Shown piece after piece: positions 38,491-52,142 of a stretch of DNA of 64,000 nucleotides. This stretch comes from Fimbriosthenelais zetlandica (taxonomy: Eukaryota). The DNA lies in contig OZ365110.1 of NCBI GenBank assembly GCA_977030845.1, positions 38,564,001 to 38,628,000 of the forward strand, read 5' to 3'. A program made the translations under genes and the position numbers. Under the pieces are notes generated by a model, which worked only from the letters and a program-made list of their open reading frames with translations, did no database searches and was not told the origin of the DNA. Position 1 is the stretch's first letter. Each line of letters begins with the position of its first letter.

Positions 38491-40777
38491 TAATTTAGGA
38501 ACGGTGGGTAGACGAGATGTGATTAGATGGCTTAAATTCAGACATAGAGGGATATAATGGGTTCCCTTTTTTAAGCATGTTTCAGAAGGTCTCATGATGA
38601 GAAATTAGTCCATTATCCTGCGTCATTTTCCTTGAAATGAATTAACCGCGTCAAATCAGCACTTTTTAGACAGTGCCATTGTGTTGAATGTCATTTGTTC
38701 ACATAATTTATATACAATTGCATTCCAATATTCCATTGAAATTGTGCATACCGTGTGTCTCTTTTTAAACAGATCTGTGTCTCATGTCCTCATGCACAAT
38801 ATTTCTCCAACGATTTTAAGGTTGTGTTGAGGTGCCAATCGCGTCGAATTTTAGCCATTTACATATCCATACATACGGTATTCCAATAGCATGTGTTACA
38901 TGGCGACTTGATGTATTCCAGATTTGGTCAGCCTCATTTCAAATGATTTGTGTGGGATGAATTCTTTCCTTTACATGAGGACTCTGTAAAGACAATAAAC
39001 GAGGTGTTATAACACAATATATTAATCTTAATAAAAAAGGTTCAGAACTTTGGGAATAATAATGATTAATATGTCTAATCAATATAATGTTGGTCAATGA
39101 ATCATTAGCAAATATATACTAACCTGTAACCGCTGTAATGTGTGTCAGTGCCTTCTTGATGAGTGATGCCCATTGAATTGACATCACACTTTGGATACCA
39201 TCGAAACATACGTACCGTTAATCTGAATTAAAATAATAGAAATAAGAACACAAGTGTAAGTAATTTGTCTGGAAAGTCGCCTTACTAATTCATATATATT
39301 CATAACATTTTTACAAAAATGGACTATGGATGGATATGGATTTAACAGTAAGCATTTTCCCCTCACACCTTACACGGACAGCCTCACCTCCAAAATGGGT
39401 GGGGGTTAACATATGGTAACAGGTGGTATCGTGACCTAATTATTCACCAATACTTATTAACACCTTTTTACATACTTCAAAAGTACCTTTGATGACCTCA
39501 AATAAATGTGAACATTATTAAAGGTAAGAAATTCCCCAGAATTACCAACAAAACAAACAGTGAACTTCTTGCTAAGCGGTTTACTCAATCCATTTCCACA
39601 TAGGTAAATTCACAACTGTTTTAAAGAAGTCAAAACAAACAACTTACCATGTTATGTGCAGTCATCAAGAAGAATATTCATACCACTTATGTACATTCCT
39701 TGCAACTTCTCTTGAGGCTGGAACATATAACAGGTCGATATTGAAATATGTATGAAATGGGGCTATAAATTAAAAGTGAGAAAGCTTAAATTGATACATT
39801 GATGCCGCGAGTTTAAGGGGATAAAGGGACGCCCTTGACCAGTAGGTTTACGGGGTCTGGTCAGCCATATAGCCGGCTGTCTGTCGGGCATCATGGCCGG
39901 CCTTCGCCCTGTCTGGTCAATCGGAATTCAACCCCCCTTGGACAATAATCCCTCATTACTTGCCATCAAATGTAGATATTTTATCAAGGTACTTTATGGA
40001 CATGTGGTCACAAATAAAGTAAATATTCTTTTAAACTTACCTGTTATGACGAATGAGTTTCGCATTGAAGTAGGCATGATATCATGCTGTAACTGTTCGA
40101 TTTCGAAAATGGCCGTTCGAAGCGCCGAGGTGAATAAAGGTTCAATTATAGTTTTAGCGACATTAAACACACGGAACATCTTTGCAGATACTCAATTTTC
40201 TCGGGTTTAAAGGCAATATTTAATTTTGTATAACACCCGTGTATGATCATTATATTTTAAAGGGAAATCATTTTTCTGTAGGCTTAGCCAATAGACGACC
40301 AGGACTCAATATTTGGTGCGGAGCTAATATTATGGTGTCATATTAATCGCTCCTCCAATCTTTGTCTTGTTTCACCCGTATCATTAGTGTAACTAATCAT
40401 AAATTTCGATTTAATTAAAGGAGTAATTGATTCTATAAATCCATTGCACTGGTTAAACGACATTTTATGGACAGTAAAATACTTATTACTCAAAATTATT
40501 GGAAGATATTGGCCGTGATAACCTAATAACTTGTATTAAAGCTTAACCCCAAATTCGCACATTACGGGCGACCCATATTTCGCCCCACACCTAGCTATAT
40601 CCTCTATTCTATAGTCATGTTAATATATATTTCGCACATCATTCACACACCCAAAAGTGTGAATCAATGTAATTGACTATGCTTTTCACATCTAAAACTG
40701 GGCTTGTGGGACTTGGTCATCAGTTGTGAACTCAGCCCACACTAGCTGTAATCTCCTATGCGGGGTGAGGCCGGCAG

Positions 40778-40798
40778 GTGGGGGGCGGGGGGGGGGGG
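40778..40798 (+). repeat. Poly-G tract
   Basis: Near-pure G run broken by single T and C bases. Confidence 0.6.
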
Positions 40799-43700
40799 CT
40801 TATGCTAATGAGGTAGGGTAGCATTCATAGCCTGAGGTTTGTTTGAATTAATTGAAGGCCAAGTATTCAAGGAAATGCCATTGAATTTCAATTGACATAA
40901 GTGTAATTTTAAATGGCCGAAATTGGGCTAAGAGATGCGCCCCGAGAACAATAGAATTTCACTTGGCTAAATTAGGTATGTGAATTCTACGTGACATTGC
41001 GTGTTTTTAAATGGCGGTCACTTAGTTTTAACAGGTTTTCTAACAGTGTGGATTTTGAGTATTAATCATTAATCATGAACTAGTTATCCATTTATTCCAA
41101 GGTTACAAATGACGCATTATGCAACCACCATAGCTCTTGAAAGTAATTGCTTTTAGACAAGTGAAATTAACATTCCTGATCAACGTTGGTAGGCAATGAT
41201 GCAGACATTACCTACATTTGAATGATCCCGTCCTTATGACATGCTTATGATAATACTTCAAATAGGATTACACCAGATGGATTAAGACGTAGGGTATATA
41301 CTTATGTCACAGTGAACCTATTAGTGCTGCAAGATGGCGGTGAATTAATCCACTTAGTAAAACGCTGGCACATGTTCATCTTCACCCCATATTACATGTG
41401 TATGCTTAATCAATATCATGTCACACTTAGCAGAATGATTGGTTCCAGCTCCATATTGGTTCCTGGTGTCCGCGCTGGTATAGGATGATCCAATTGCTAA
41501 CTCTGTGGATTTGAAATGCGTGAAAGTCAATAAAGGAGAAGAGGGTTGGGCGAGGAGAGGGGTATGGCAGCCATGCATCCCTGGACTTTCTCCAAGTTTG
41601 GGCCACATTAAGGCACATGTAATGAGGGGACGTGTAAACACTGCATGCTAACACTTAAGTGGAACCTTATAGAAAGGTTTAATGAAAATTATTAATTATC
41701 TCTACATGGAATCGCTAAAAGGTATAATAGAATAATTATTATATGTCTCGAATTAGTAATATGATTAATGCAACATGGGCAATGTTAATGTTTTGCATTA
41801 TAACAAAATAATTATCTTGCATGATTCTGTGCGCGATTTTGTGATAAAAAGATAATATATTTTTAAATATCCCGAAGGAAACCCAGAGTAATTCATGGTC
41901 TTATATACATTTATATATAGTATTTCCAATCGTCAATATATAGGCTGTAATATTCTATTATGCCTTGAGCCAGGCGCGGTAATTCATAAAATTAGAGGGG
42001 TCCAACAGACCTAATTTCCTCGCGAAAATCAGGCTAATTCTTAAAGATCCTCTCTCCTGAATGCATTCAGGTGACCTCAAGGACAATAGATTGAAGTATC
42101 AGCCTCATGAATATTTACCAACTACTTTGTTTAATTGACCTCTGTCAGGGACACTCAAGGCAATAAGCTTAACATGGTGACTGTCAAATGTAGCAATAGC
42201 TTTAATGAATTTAATTAAGTTACATAACCCTTTGCACCTAAATACAGATTGCTATTGCTCAACAGTTGCTATAACTTTAACAACACAAATGCCATAACAA
42301 GAATTTCATTTCCATATACTACGTAGAATGACACTTATGAATAAGAATGACCTGTTTTTTGTATTTTGTTCATCTATATGCCCCATTAAAAGGGGCCACA
42401 TAAACTATACAGGTCGGTACAAGGTAACGGTAAATATTACAGTCCCTTAAATGTGAGTGAGGATAATCTCACTGTAACATTATAAACTTGTCTACGTTCG
42501 TTTCTTATTCAAAATTATTTTTAAATCCAAACAACCCTCATCATGTGTCCTCTCATACTGTTTAAAAGGAAACTAAGTGAGTCTAAAGCTCATACAGTCC
42601 GCCATTACAATAGAAGTAATAAGAACAAAGAGAGTGGGAATTTACATTATGGTCCTCTCGTCATTAGTTCAGATAAAGTGGTGATATTTCCCCATCCGCC
42701 CAATGAGTTCCTTTTACCTCAGTCGAGAGCAGCCAGGCGATCGTTAAGTGGGCGATAATCCAGGTGGCCAATGTTCACCGGAAGTCGTTAGCGCGGCTGT
42801 CTTTTATTGTTTATTTAGATGCAATGAGGTGCTGATCGGCCTTAATATTCCACAGCCTTAATGTGAGTGAAAGCTCGTCATCATTGTGGACATTGGTGAA
42901 GTGTCTCCTGGGGCGAGAACTCTACACAAATGACAAAAATGGCGCTCGCTCACTGCAAGTGCCACAACTATCTGCTAACATGATTTTGATCCTAGACTGA
43001 AGAGGGCGCTGAACGGTGGATAATGACAACTAATGACAATTGGGGACGCGAGGGGGCGTGGTTTGGAGACGCCCGAGCTGCGTCCCGGAACAGCAAAACC
43101 CAGTGTAATGAATCTCTCAGGGGCTGACGACATTTCGACAAAAGGATCGACAGTTGTGACGTACCGCGCGCCAATAGTGACGTTTGGACAATTCAGGGGT
43201 CACTAAACAAAATAAAGAGTGGTGCCTAAGGGCCATAATTTGATCTCGTATTAGAGACTGGGTGATCCTGCTAAAGCGTCGATGACCTGGTGGGGACGTT
43301 TTTACACTAAAGTCGTTATGAGTAATTTGGTTTTGTCCGAACTAATAAGTAAAGGTCGGCTTCGATGGAGAGGCTTTCAGGAAAATGTATGTTCCTTTGC
43401 CATTATCGTCCCAAAGGTCGAGGATAAGTGAATAATGCTCTCTGAGGCTGGGAAAAAACGCCTATTTGATGTTAAACAAACAGCAATGACATCAAATTTG
43501 AGCATCACATGATGGGACTGCAGTATTAGATGAACTATGCCTGAAAGTAATGGAGTCCAACCACTATGAATAATTTGTTGTTCTCTTTTCCTCTATGACA
43601 ACAAAATTAAGATTAAGGTTTAGTAGACCTTTATATTATATGTATACATGTATCACGTGGGTTTATGGTAATTGGTGCGTATGCACAGAATTTGTACAGC

Positions 43701-44918
43701 AGGATGTTAAAAGGAATTTTCCTGCTAGTAGGAACACCTAAATACTTGGTGAATGTAACTGAATGGAGCTGGGCGTTCCTGCAGAGAATCAGACATAGCC
43801 CAGATTAACGAGATCACTTTCCACTTTGCCTCACAATTCCCCGCAATAGTCTTTGCGCCGCTTGGAAAATCAATCCAGTGCCATTTATTTTTATCACGAC
43901 AGAGGCAAAAGAGACCTAATTCATATCTACGTCCTTCGCAAAGAGCTTCCCCGCCGATTCTAGACGCCCTCGGCCATGCCTCTTGTGTCCAAAGATGTCC
44001 AATTACTCTGGTCTCCCGTAGACACGGGCGATGTCAAAGTGCAGGACTAATTCAGAAGCTTTTAACTTGATAGGAGCTCTGACTGAGGAGCGATACAGCA
44101 AACTCCTCTCAGCCACTTACCGGGATTACTGCTAGAGGTCGCCGTTGTAGCAATATGGAGGGCCATGATTGTGACAGATGGCGTCCAGAGAATTTGACGT
44201 AATAGGAAGTCCTTTTGGGCGTTGCATTCCGAGGCCATCCTGCAGGGCATTTGCCAGACATTTGTTCTATATACTGCTGCAGTCTCGTTTTCCTGGCATT
44301 TATTTAGTATATTATGCCCAGTTCGGGTATGCAGCATGAAGGAAGAAAGCTCTACATTTTCTTTTCATCATATAATGTAGGCTAATACATCGAAATGGTC
44401 TTTTTAGTTTATGTCCAATTGAATCCCAAAATTCAATATGTATGGGACTTGTTGCACGGACTTTTTTCAAAATAAAATTAAGATGCATTATAAATTTCTA
44501 TTTATGAGCTGGGGATCATTATCTCTAAGTGATATTGCTCATTGCTTTTCAAAATAGATGTCCTCAGTCTCATTACACTGCTTCTGTCGGTGCATAAGTA
44601 ATGAACAATGGGAAATCCGCCTTTGGTAAATGATCTGAGCCGTCATAAATTCAATAGAACAGAATACTTCTCCTTTCTAATAAGTAATTAATTTTCATCT
44701 GCAGTCTTGAATCTCTTTAGATACATTATTATGCTTTCAGATATTTTGAATTAATGATGGATCATATTCAATGGTTGCAACTTACTAGACGGCAAGTCTT
44801 CGGTATATATATGGTCTTTTATTGCCCCGTTGGGATCAGTGTTTCATCTATGCTTATCTATGTGGAGTGAAATATGCCATTAATGCATAGAGTCAGTTGG
44901 TATGTATCCTTTGAAGGA

Positions 44919-45002
44919 GTCAGGATGGCCGAGCGGTCTAAGGCGCTGCGTTCAGGTCGCAGTCCACTTCTGTGGGCGTGGGTTCGAATCCCACTTCTGA
45001 CA
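44919..45002 (+). tRNA. tRNA-Leu(CAG): tRNA-Leu (anticodon CAG), intronless, apparently intact
   Basis: GTCAGGATGGCCGAGCGGTCTAAGGCGCTGCGTTCAGGTCGCAG...GGGTTCGAATCCCACTTCTGACA. Acceptor stem GTCAGGA/TTCTGAC pairs; anticodon loop TTCAGGT with CAG at 44953-44955; long variable arm; A and B boxes; TTTT terminator at 45007-45010. Confidence 0.97.
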
Positions 45003-46267
45003 AAACTTTTCGAAGGGATTGATGTAAATAAGGTCTTAGCGTCTTTTTCAAACCTGCACACTCAATATAAGTATTAGTAAATGGAAGATCTGTACACATA
45101 CAATGAAATCCTTCAGTAGCTTGGAGCCATTGCTCACCATATTGCTCTATGGGAGATTTCTGTCTACCCTGGGGCTTGCTGTCATGCTCCCCACCTGCTA
45201 TTTGAGATGAACTGTCGCGCGATTGACAGATGCTATTGACTGACAGCAGCGGCAACTGCGTGATGCCCAACTCCTGCTCGAGTTCATCGGATTAGCGCGT
45301 CATCAAATTCATTTTCTGTTGGAGGTAACATTAATTTGAAGTGACGCTTCAACCGTCTGTCGTAAGAGCTCCTCCAAATATTGGTTTGACTTGATGCTAT
45401 TACTGGATCTTGGGCCGGGCGCCAGGGGGTGCGATTACAGGCGAAATGGACGCGCGACCGAGCGGGCAGAGATGAGAAGATGATAAGGTAAGGGAGGCTA
45501 TAGCTTTCCCTGTCAAATATCATCATATTAAAGAGACTGTCATCACTTCTCGCACATCTTTCTAACGATACAGGCTTTTCACCATATTGTCACCAACAAT
45601 ATCAGGTTAAACAAGATTCCCAGGGAACTGGGTCCTGGGTGGAAACAACTTGAAGAGTATGATATATGCAAGAAAGGTACTGATAGCAAAACCATACAAA
45701 ATTGATTCCCCCATATTGTGAGCAAATGACAACAGCTCATGAAATATACTTAGCGCACAGAAATAAATGTACACGTTCAACTTCAGCCCATGAATTGAGG
45801 TATTTCCCACAAGTCCTTCCCTGTGAATTTTTCATGAGCAACTAGTATCTTCCCGCAACAATTTATTTTCTGAGTGGCAGCTCTCTGTAAGGGTCGTTAT
45901 TCCGAACGCTATCACATTTTCTTCCCCTCCCATCAAGAGAAGCATGATGGCGGTGATCGTTGTGCGGACACTTCTCATTAAGACCGCTGTCATCTCTTCG
46001 CTCATAAACAACCCCTCCTGTCATTCTCCCCCTTCTTGCCGCTTGGTGCCTCTGACAGCATTGTGATGAGCCCACTTCCGCCATATAACTTGTCCTGCCT
46101 CTAGTCATGAGCACCTCGCTTGCGCGCGAGCGGTAGCGAGGACACCTGTAGATGCGCGCGCATCTCCCGGCATTGATGCAGCACATCCTTCCGGCGCCGC
46201 ATGCTCAGAGGTCAGCGCAACGACTCTGCGGCTGATAGAACACGTCATAAGTCACGTGAGCTTTCAG

Positions 46268-46281
46268 ACGCCACCTGGCGG
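46268..46281 (-). promoter_or_regulatory. CTCF-like motif
   Basis: Reverse complement CCGCCAGGTGGCGT, 13/14 match to the core, inside a CpG-rich island. Confidence 0.45.
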
Positions 46282-49200
46282 AAAAAATATGCGATTTACG
46301 CAGAGGAAGTTGGAGATTAATCTCTGCATGATGAGTAGGCTGTTAGGAGAACGAAAGAGAGGAGGAGGTTGGGTTTGGATGAGGATGATGAAGACTCTCA
46401 AATATTTGGATGTTGTGAAGGTAGAATGGCATACTTGGTTTTTATGCAGGTGGAAATGTTGTCTAATAATATTGTACAGGATAGCATAGCAGGGCCCGAT
46501 TCAGAGCAAAAATATCCCATAGACTTGGCATTGCTATAATAGTTGTTCTGAAACAGGCCCCAGGAAGCTTGGTCCTGTTTCAACACAGAAATTTCCCATA
46601 GACTTCACACGATTAATTGTTGTTTTGAAATCTGGAAAGCTTAGGTGCAGTGATTTCCATGAAGTTCGCCCTAGTATTAATTCGGCAATCCAATTGCTGT
46701 GAATGTCTAGCCATATATTCACCAAACTTCAAGATCATAGATCGAGCAACGAGTATAGGCTATATGTAGAATGAACTCGGTGGTTCTAGCCAGCTTTCCG
46801 GACTCGCTACGAAGCAGTCATTATTAGAGGCTGTGTCATTGATGGAAAGGAGGAAATATTTCAGCATTATGACAACCGATCGTTTCTACTTGTCACCTTG
46901 GTCTAGGCCACACCACCAGAGTTTAGCAATCTTCCTGACAATAATCTCAGCCTCCGACTCGCCCTGACACTACCCAGATTCCTCTTAATAGTCTCGGTCA
47001 ATTTTCTGGGGGGTCGGGGGAAGGGGGGCATCGCCTTTACCCTCCTACCAGCTTGCCTCTTTCCTCGTCTGTTCTTTCTCAACCAATAGCCCCCACTTCA
47101 TTATCCGTCCGCTGGGCGCGCTGTGATCGCCTCACTAATCGAATCCCATCGGCGCCTAATGAAGAATCATTCGAAACCTTTTGCGCAAATTATATCAATT
47201 AATTCCTATGTAATCTTCTTGCAAAGTTGACCTTTCTCATTTTCATTAAGTGCCCACTGTATATTAGATTTTGAGCGAGCTTGCCAGGACTGGCTAGGGG
47301 ACATTGAGGAAGTGCAGAAGTGGCACTGGCAAGTGGCGATAATCACTATAGAGCCGAGCCGGATAAGGCCCGACTGAGGTCACAGTCAGGGCCCTCTACC
47401 GGCGACCTCTAAACCTGTAACAGCTTCCGATCCTGTCATCAGTCGTACTTCCTGTATTTCTCATACTTTGTTCCCATTGTTTTTAAGGAGAGCTGTTTAT
47501 ATAAACAAACAGCCAAGTTACATAAAACTGGTGATTCCAAAGATAGCATGCACGTTACTACCATTCATTTTATCAGGGACTTCCAGGCAGGAAGTAGACC
47601 TAGTGACTGTATGAGGGCTTCAAACAGAATGAAGTGAATGGCATACAATGATACACAATTTCTCACACTATATGGTTGATGTGTTGCATTCACCATTTTA
47701 GTGGCTTCTAATAACATCTTTACGTAAGTAAAGAATGAAATTATTCATTAATTCCCGATAACACATGATCAGTTTTGTGAACATCATGAAGCGAAAGATA
47801 CACATTCTTTCATAAACAGCTTCAAATTTCAGTAGACTGTAGAATGTCTCTTCTGTATGCAATACACAGGAAAGTGTACATGCATAATAGTAACTTTACA
47901 TTCCAGTGTAGGTGATATATTGTTTAACGTGCCAATTATATAATGATCCCAGTCAATGACTCGATCAGTAAAATGATTGTGTTACCACGGGCAAAGCACC
48001 ACTTTAATGATCTCACCTCCCTCGTCCTAATTAAGGGCCCGCTTCATCCGGACTGTAATTGAATTGAAACCGTTTGTGCTTGATGAATCACCTGCTATGA
48101 AAATGACGCTGGATTAATAAATGACATGAATGAATCAATGATGACAGCTGCTTTTGTCTTTTCTCCTCATTTCCCCAGGCGTTCCTTATCGCATCATTCT
48201 TAAGACATTAGTGTCATCCTTGAGTCAAAGCTGTATAATTTGCAAATGGGAACTCATAGTTTTTAATAGAAACGTTCAAATTTTTCATCTCAACTGTTGT
48301 TTGTGTATTGATTACATTAAGTATTCATTAATATATAAGACGACATAAGATATATTGTCTTAGAATACCGAGACATGTATAGTATACATTCATTCTTTTT
48401 AAAAAGATGATTAGAGACTCTCTATAGGAGACAATGAAGATATATTTCAACTGTTCCTGGTGAATTCATATCTTGGCTGTAAGTGATAAATAGTCGCCAT
48501 TTTGTGGCTATGATGCATGGACAGATATTACATTATTGGTTGGGAACCTTGATACCTTGGTTTCCCCATATCGGGACTGTCCCGTATATAGCGTTAGAAT
48601 AGAATGGTAGAGCATTGGCTTTGGGAGGGTTGGTTTTTGTCCCATCACCCTCACCTCCTCCCACCTCCCAGATTACCAATCTCTGCGTGTATTTCATAAG
48701 TCAAGCGCAATACGATTAACTCGGCCCAGGCCACTCCAGAGCAATGGACTAAATAAGGTTAGGGGAGGAATTAAAAGCGAGTCCTGCCCCATACCACTCC
48801 GGACCCGGAAGAAGCAATAAGACCTAACTGACAATTAATAAACCACGTCACGTGACCAGGGTGGACATTCCAACCACGTGACCAACAAATCTCGTTTGTC
48901 AGCGAGAGATTAGATCACGGGATCAGAAGCACTAGACGCCCAGTCCTTCCGGAAGTAATGAGGGGATGCTGCCTGTCGCAGTGTATTATGGGTGGCGCTT
49001 TTTGAGAGTGGCCACAGGAAGAGGAAAAAGAGGGAGGGGAGAGAGGGGCACCATGCTTATTACTGGGCTGCATTTTGGAAGACGAATTTTGGTGTAACGT
49101 TCATGATGACATGATATTTAAGTGAAGCCGTCGCTCGCCATACTAAACATATCTCATATAACATGAAATCTTCAGTAGGCATATGGGGAACATTATGTTG

Positions 49201-51053
49201 GGTAACAGTATAATATGTTACTCAACTCAAGTATCCCAACCTTATAAGTTATAGCCACAACCTATGGAGGTGCTAGTCAGGAAGAATAGTACTGCCACCG
49301 AGCATGCCGAAGTATAACAAAATGCAAAGTACCGACCGGTATGCTATTCACGAATGGTCTTTACTGTACAGTAAGATACTTGCGGCCTCACTTTTCAATC
49401 TGGCCATCAAAGAGTTGGCTGGTGATAAAGTGATGCCTGGCTTTGTTCTCAGTGAGATCTCTGTGAGGTTTTATCTCTATGATGTCCACCTTGCCATGTA
49501 GTCGGGATGAGTGATGTCACACTGACAACCTCCAGCCCAGCAACCTCTGACTTACGGCTCTACCTTGCTGACGAAGGTCTGAAGAACCTCATAAGTCTTT
49601 TAATTGAGCCTAAAAGGTTCCTTTATCTTTTAAAATGGAGGACGCGTGCCTGGTGTGTGGGTGTCGGGTCCATTTAGATAACTTCAACGACCATCAACAA
49701 ATAACATAGCAACCATATCAGTCAGTCAGTCAGCCCACTGTCCATTGCATGCTAGGCCAAGCAAAAGTGAGGACTTTTTTCAATGCGTTTCAGAAAAACT
49801 TCGAAAGAATAGGTTACTCCAGTGTTCATAATGCACAAGTATTCTAACGATTTATCCTGGAATTCAAGAGAATCTGTCCAAGTCAATCTGAAGTGAACTT
49901 ATACCAAAAACAAGTCGTTTTAGGTCCCATCAGAGATAAGAGGGAGAAATTTGAACAGATCAACCTTTCAGGCGAAAACAAACTGAGATGTGAGTTGAGT
50001 GTGTCACCTGTCAGCTCGGACATTACACACGCCACCTCGCCAGCTAATTGGACATCTGACAGGTCGACCAGACACGACCCTTGACGCGTCGTCACCCAAT
50101 GACGAGCAAGGAGGAGCGGAGACGCTGGCTGGAGATGGCACGACGTCGTCTCTGACGTCAGGTCGCACGCGTTGTGATTTATGACGTTGGACGTCGTTGT
50201 TGGAGGAAGCCATTGATCAGAAGAAGGGGCGTCTTGGTGTGAAGTGTCAGTGGTGATTTACTGAGACAAAAGGACTGGACAATGCCCCTATCACCTCCAC
50301 CAAGATCTCCCAATAATGCTGGTTGGAATTGGACCATATGTAAGGCCTATTTATACATTAAATTTTGCAAAGCAAATGTAGTCTTGTTCAATATAACTCT
50401 CATGAGTAATCGATATGGATAGTGGCATTATCTGGAGATTGCCCTAGCATATTTTATTTCTTCAGAGAAAAGGGCTAACATCTGCACGAATCCATTCTAA
50501 CTTTATAAAACAGAAGTCCCTATTATTTGGAGTACATCTTGATCAAATGAGGCCAAAATCTGATCCAAAATTTGTACCTCATATCTGGCACAGTGCTCAG
50601 CAACATATTATTACGAAAGATGACAGAATTCAATGATCAATGCTTCGGGGAACTAGAAACAAATAAAGAACGGATTCATGCATTTACGGCAAGACAAAAA
50701 TTAAATCCACCATCCATCCAATCATAAAAGCCCTCGCTTCCATCAAGGCAGACTTGTAGCCTGGGGATGGCCTGCCTATATCATTTCGTGTCGACGTCTC
50801 TGATTGGATGAGGGGCTGACCTAACTTTGCTTGAGGGTTCTGGGCCAATCTCATAAAGATGGATAATATGGCTTACTGTCTACTTGCATATTCGGGGAAA
50901 ACGTCACAAGGCCTTCGAGTAAATAAAACGACTTGCCACATTTGATGCCTTGTAATATACAGTGGCTTTGAGTGGAAGTGGGCGAGTAGGTGGGTGGCAG
51001 CTAACATGGGAAAATGAAAAACAACATGGAAAAGTGTGTATAAGTGTCTTTTT

Positions 51054-51059
51054 TTTATT
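51054..51059 (-). terminator. Candidate Tlx polyadenylation signal (AATAAA on minus strand)
   Basis: First minus-strand AATAAA I found after the Tlx stop, implying a ~1.1-kb 3' UTR; an alternative lies at 50453-50458. No transcript data. Confidence 0.4.
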
Positions 51060-51510
51060 ATTTCATGTGGCACATGTCACCATTGACTTTACACCTTGTC
51101 TTTAGAGTCTATGTCTGTACAGATAATATCATGAAGAGGAATCGGATGAAATTATGAAGACAGTGATAACTTAGTGAAAACAATGCAAAATGTCACAAAT
51201 GGGGAAAGAGTGATGTAGAGGTGAGAACAAGCATGCACCAGTTTCGAAAATGAACAAGATATTTAGATTAGACAAATATACATGAAATAAGTTCACATTA
51301 GTTTGACCACACAAATGGTTTACAGGAAGTTACGTAGTATAGAGTAGTGATAAGTATAGTCACTTTTATATTTACATGAAATGGTGGTAATTTATATTAG
51401 AAACCAATGCATTGCAATTTGCATTGTGAAATGTTCCTGAAATGTTCATATTCCAGCCATAGTGCTGTATAGTGTTATGGGAAGGTAACCTACATAACAG
51501 GGCATGTTAT

Positions 51511-51737
51511 CAGGGGCGGATCCAGATTTTGCTACGGGGTGATGTTATAGAAGTGATGTTAGGACCATCCCACCCCAAACACACACCGCCAGAAAAGTTT
51601 GATTCAAGCAATCGCCAGTAAAGGGAAAGCATATTCAGACATAATTTTAGTCTAATCTCCATGGGAAAGATAAATCTGGGGCCAGTTTGGAGGGCTTAAG
51701 CCCCCAAAGCCCCCCACCCTTTCTGGATCCGCTACTG
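51511..51737. mobile_element. MITE (227 bp), superfamily unassigned
   Basis: Terminal inverted repeats CAGGGGCGGATCCAGA / TCTGGATCCGCTACTG (14/16 match); 6-bp TSD TGTTAT at 51505-51510 and 51738-51743; no ORF. Confidence 0.88.
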
Positions 51738-52142
51738 TGTTATCCTATTTTTTCATACAAAACAGGAACAAGAATGCAAAATGAAGACAAATGACGCTTT
51801 CATATTTTCTATTCATTTTGAAGAATCGTACATGCAATTGCATTAAAAAAATGAAATGGAATAAAGTTGAATAACTTTACAAACAAGTATTTGATGTCAT
51901 AGAATAAATTCACAATTAAGGGGCATATAATAAACAAGCCAAAGAGAGGCTTACATACACGCCTGGTCGAATGATTGATGTCGATCTTTTTAAAAGATAG
52001 AAAGTTACATAATACAATCATGTAATGAATATTCATAAATACTCGGAGGTTATGATTATCAATACAGGTTACTCGGAGAATATTCTAGCGACGTCATCAA
52101 TGAGCAACAGCCACAACGTCCTCAAAGTTGGCGGCGACGTCA

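Noticed and set aside
47894-47905. 12-nt match (CTTTACATTCCA) to the reverse complement of the miR-1 5' end
   Set aside because: The match stops at nt 12, there is no precursor hairpin, and a hit of this length is plausible by chance across many miRNA families.
1-52142. Lbx or another NK-cluster homeobox gene expected near Tlx
   Set aside because: No WFQNRR or KRDLEE-type coding sequence found by eye; not supported in this window, although a short exon could have been missed.
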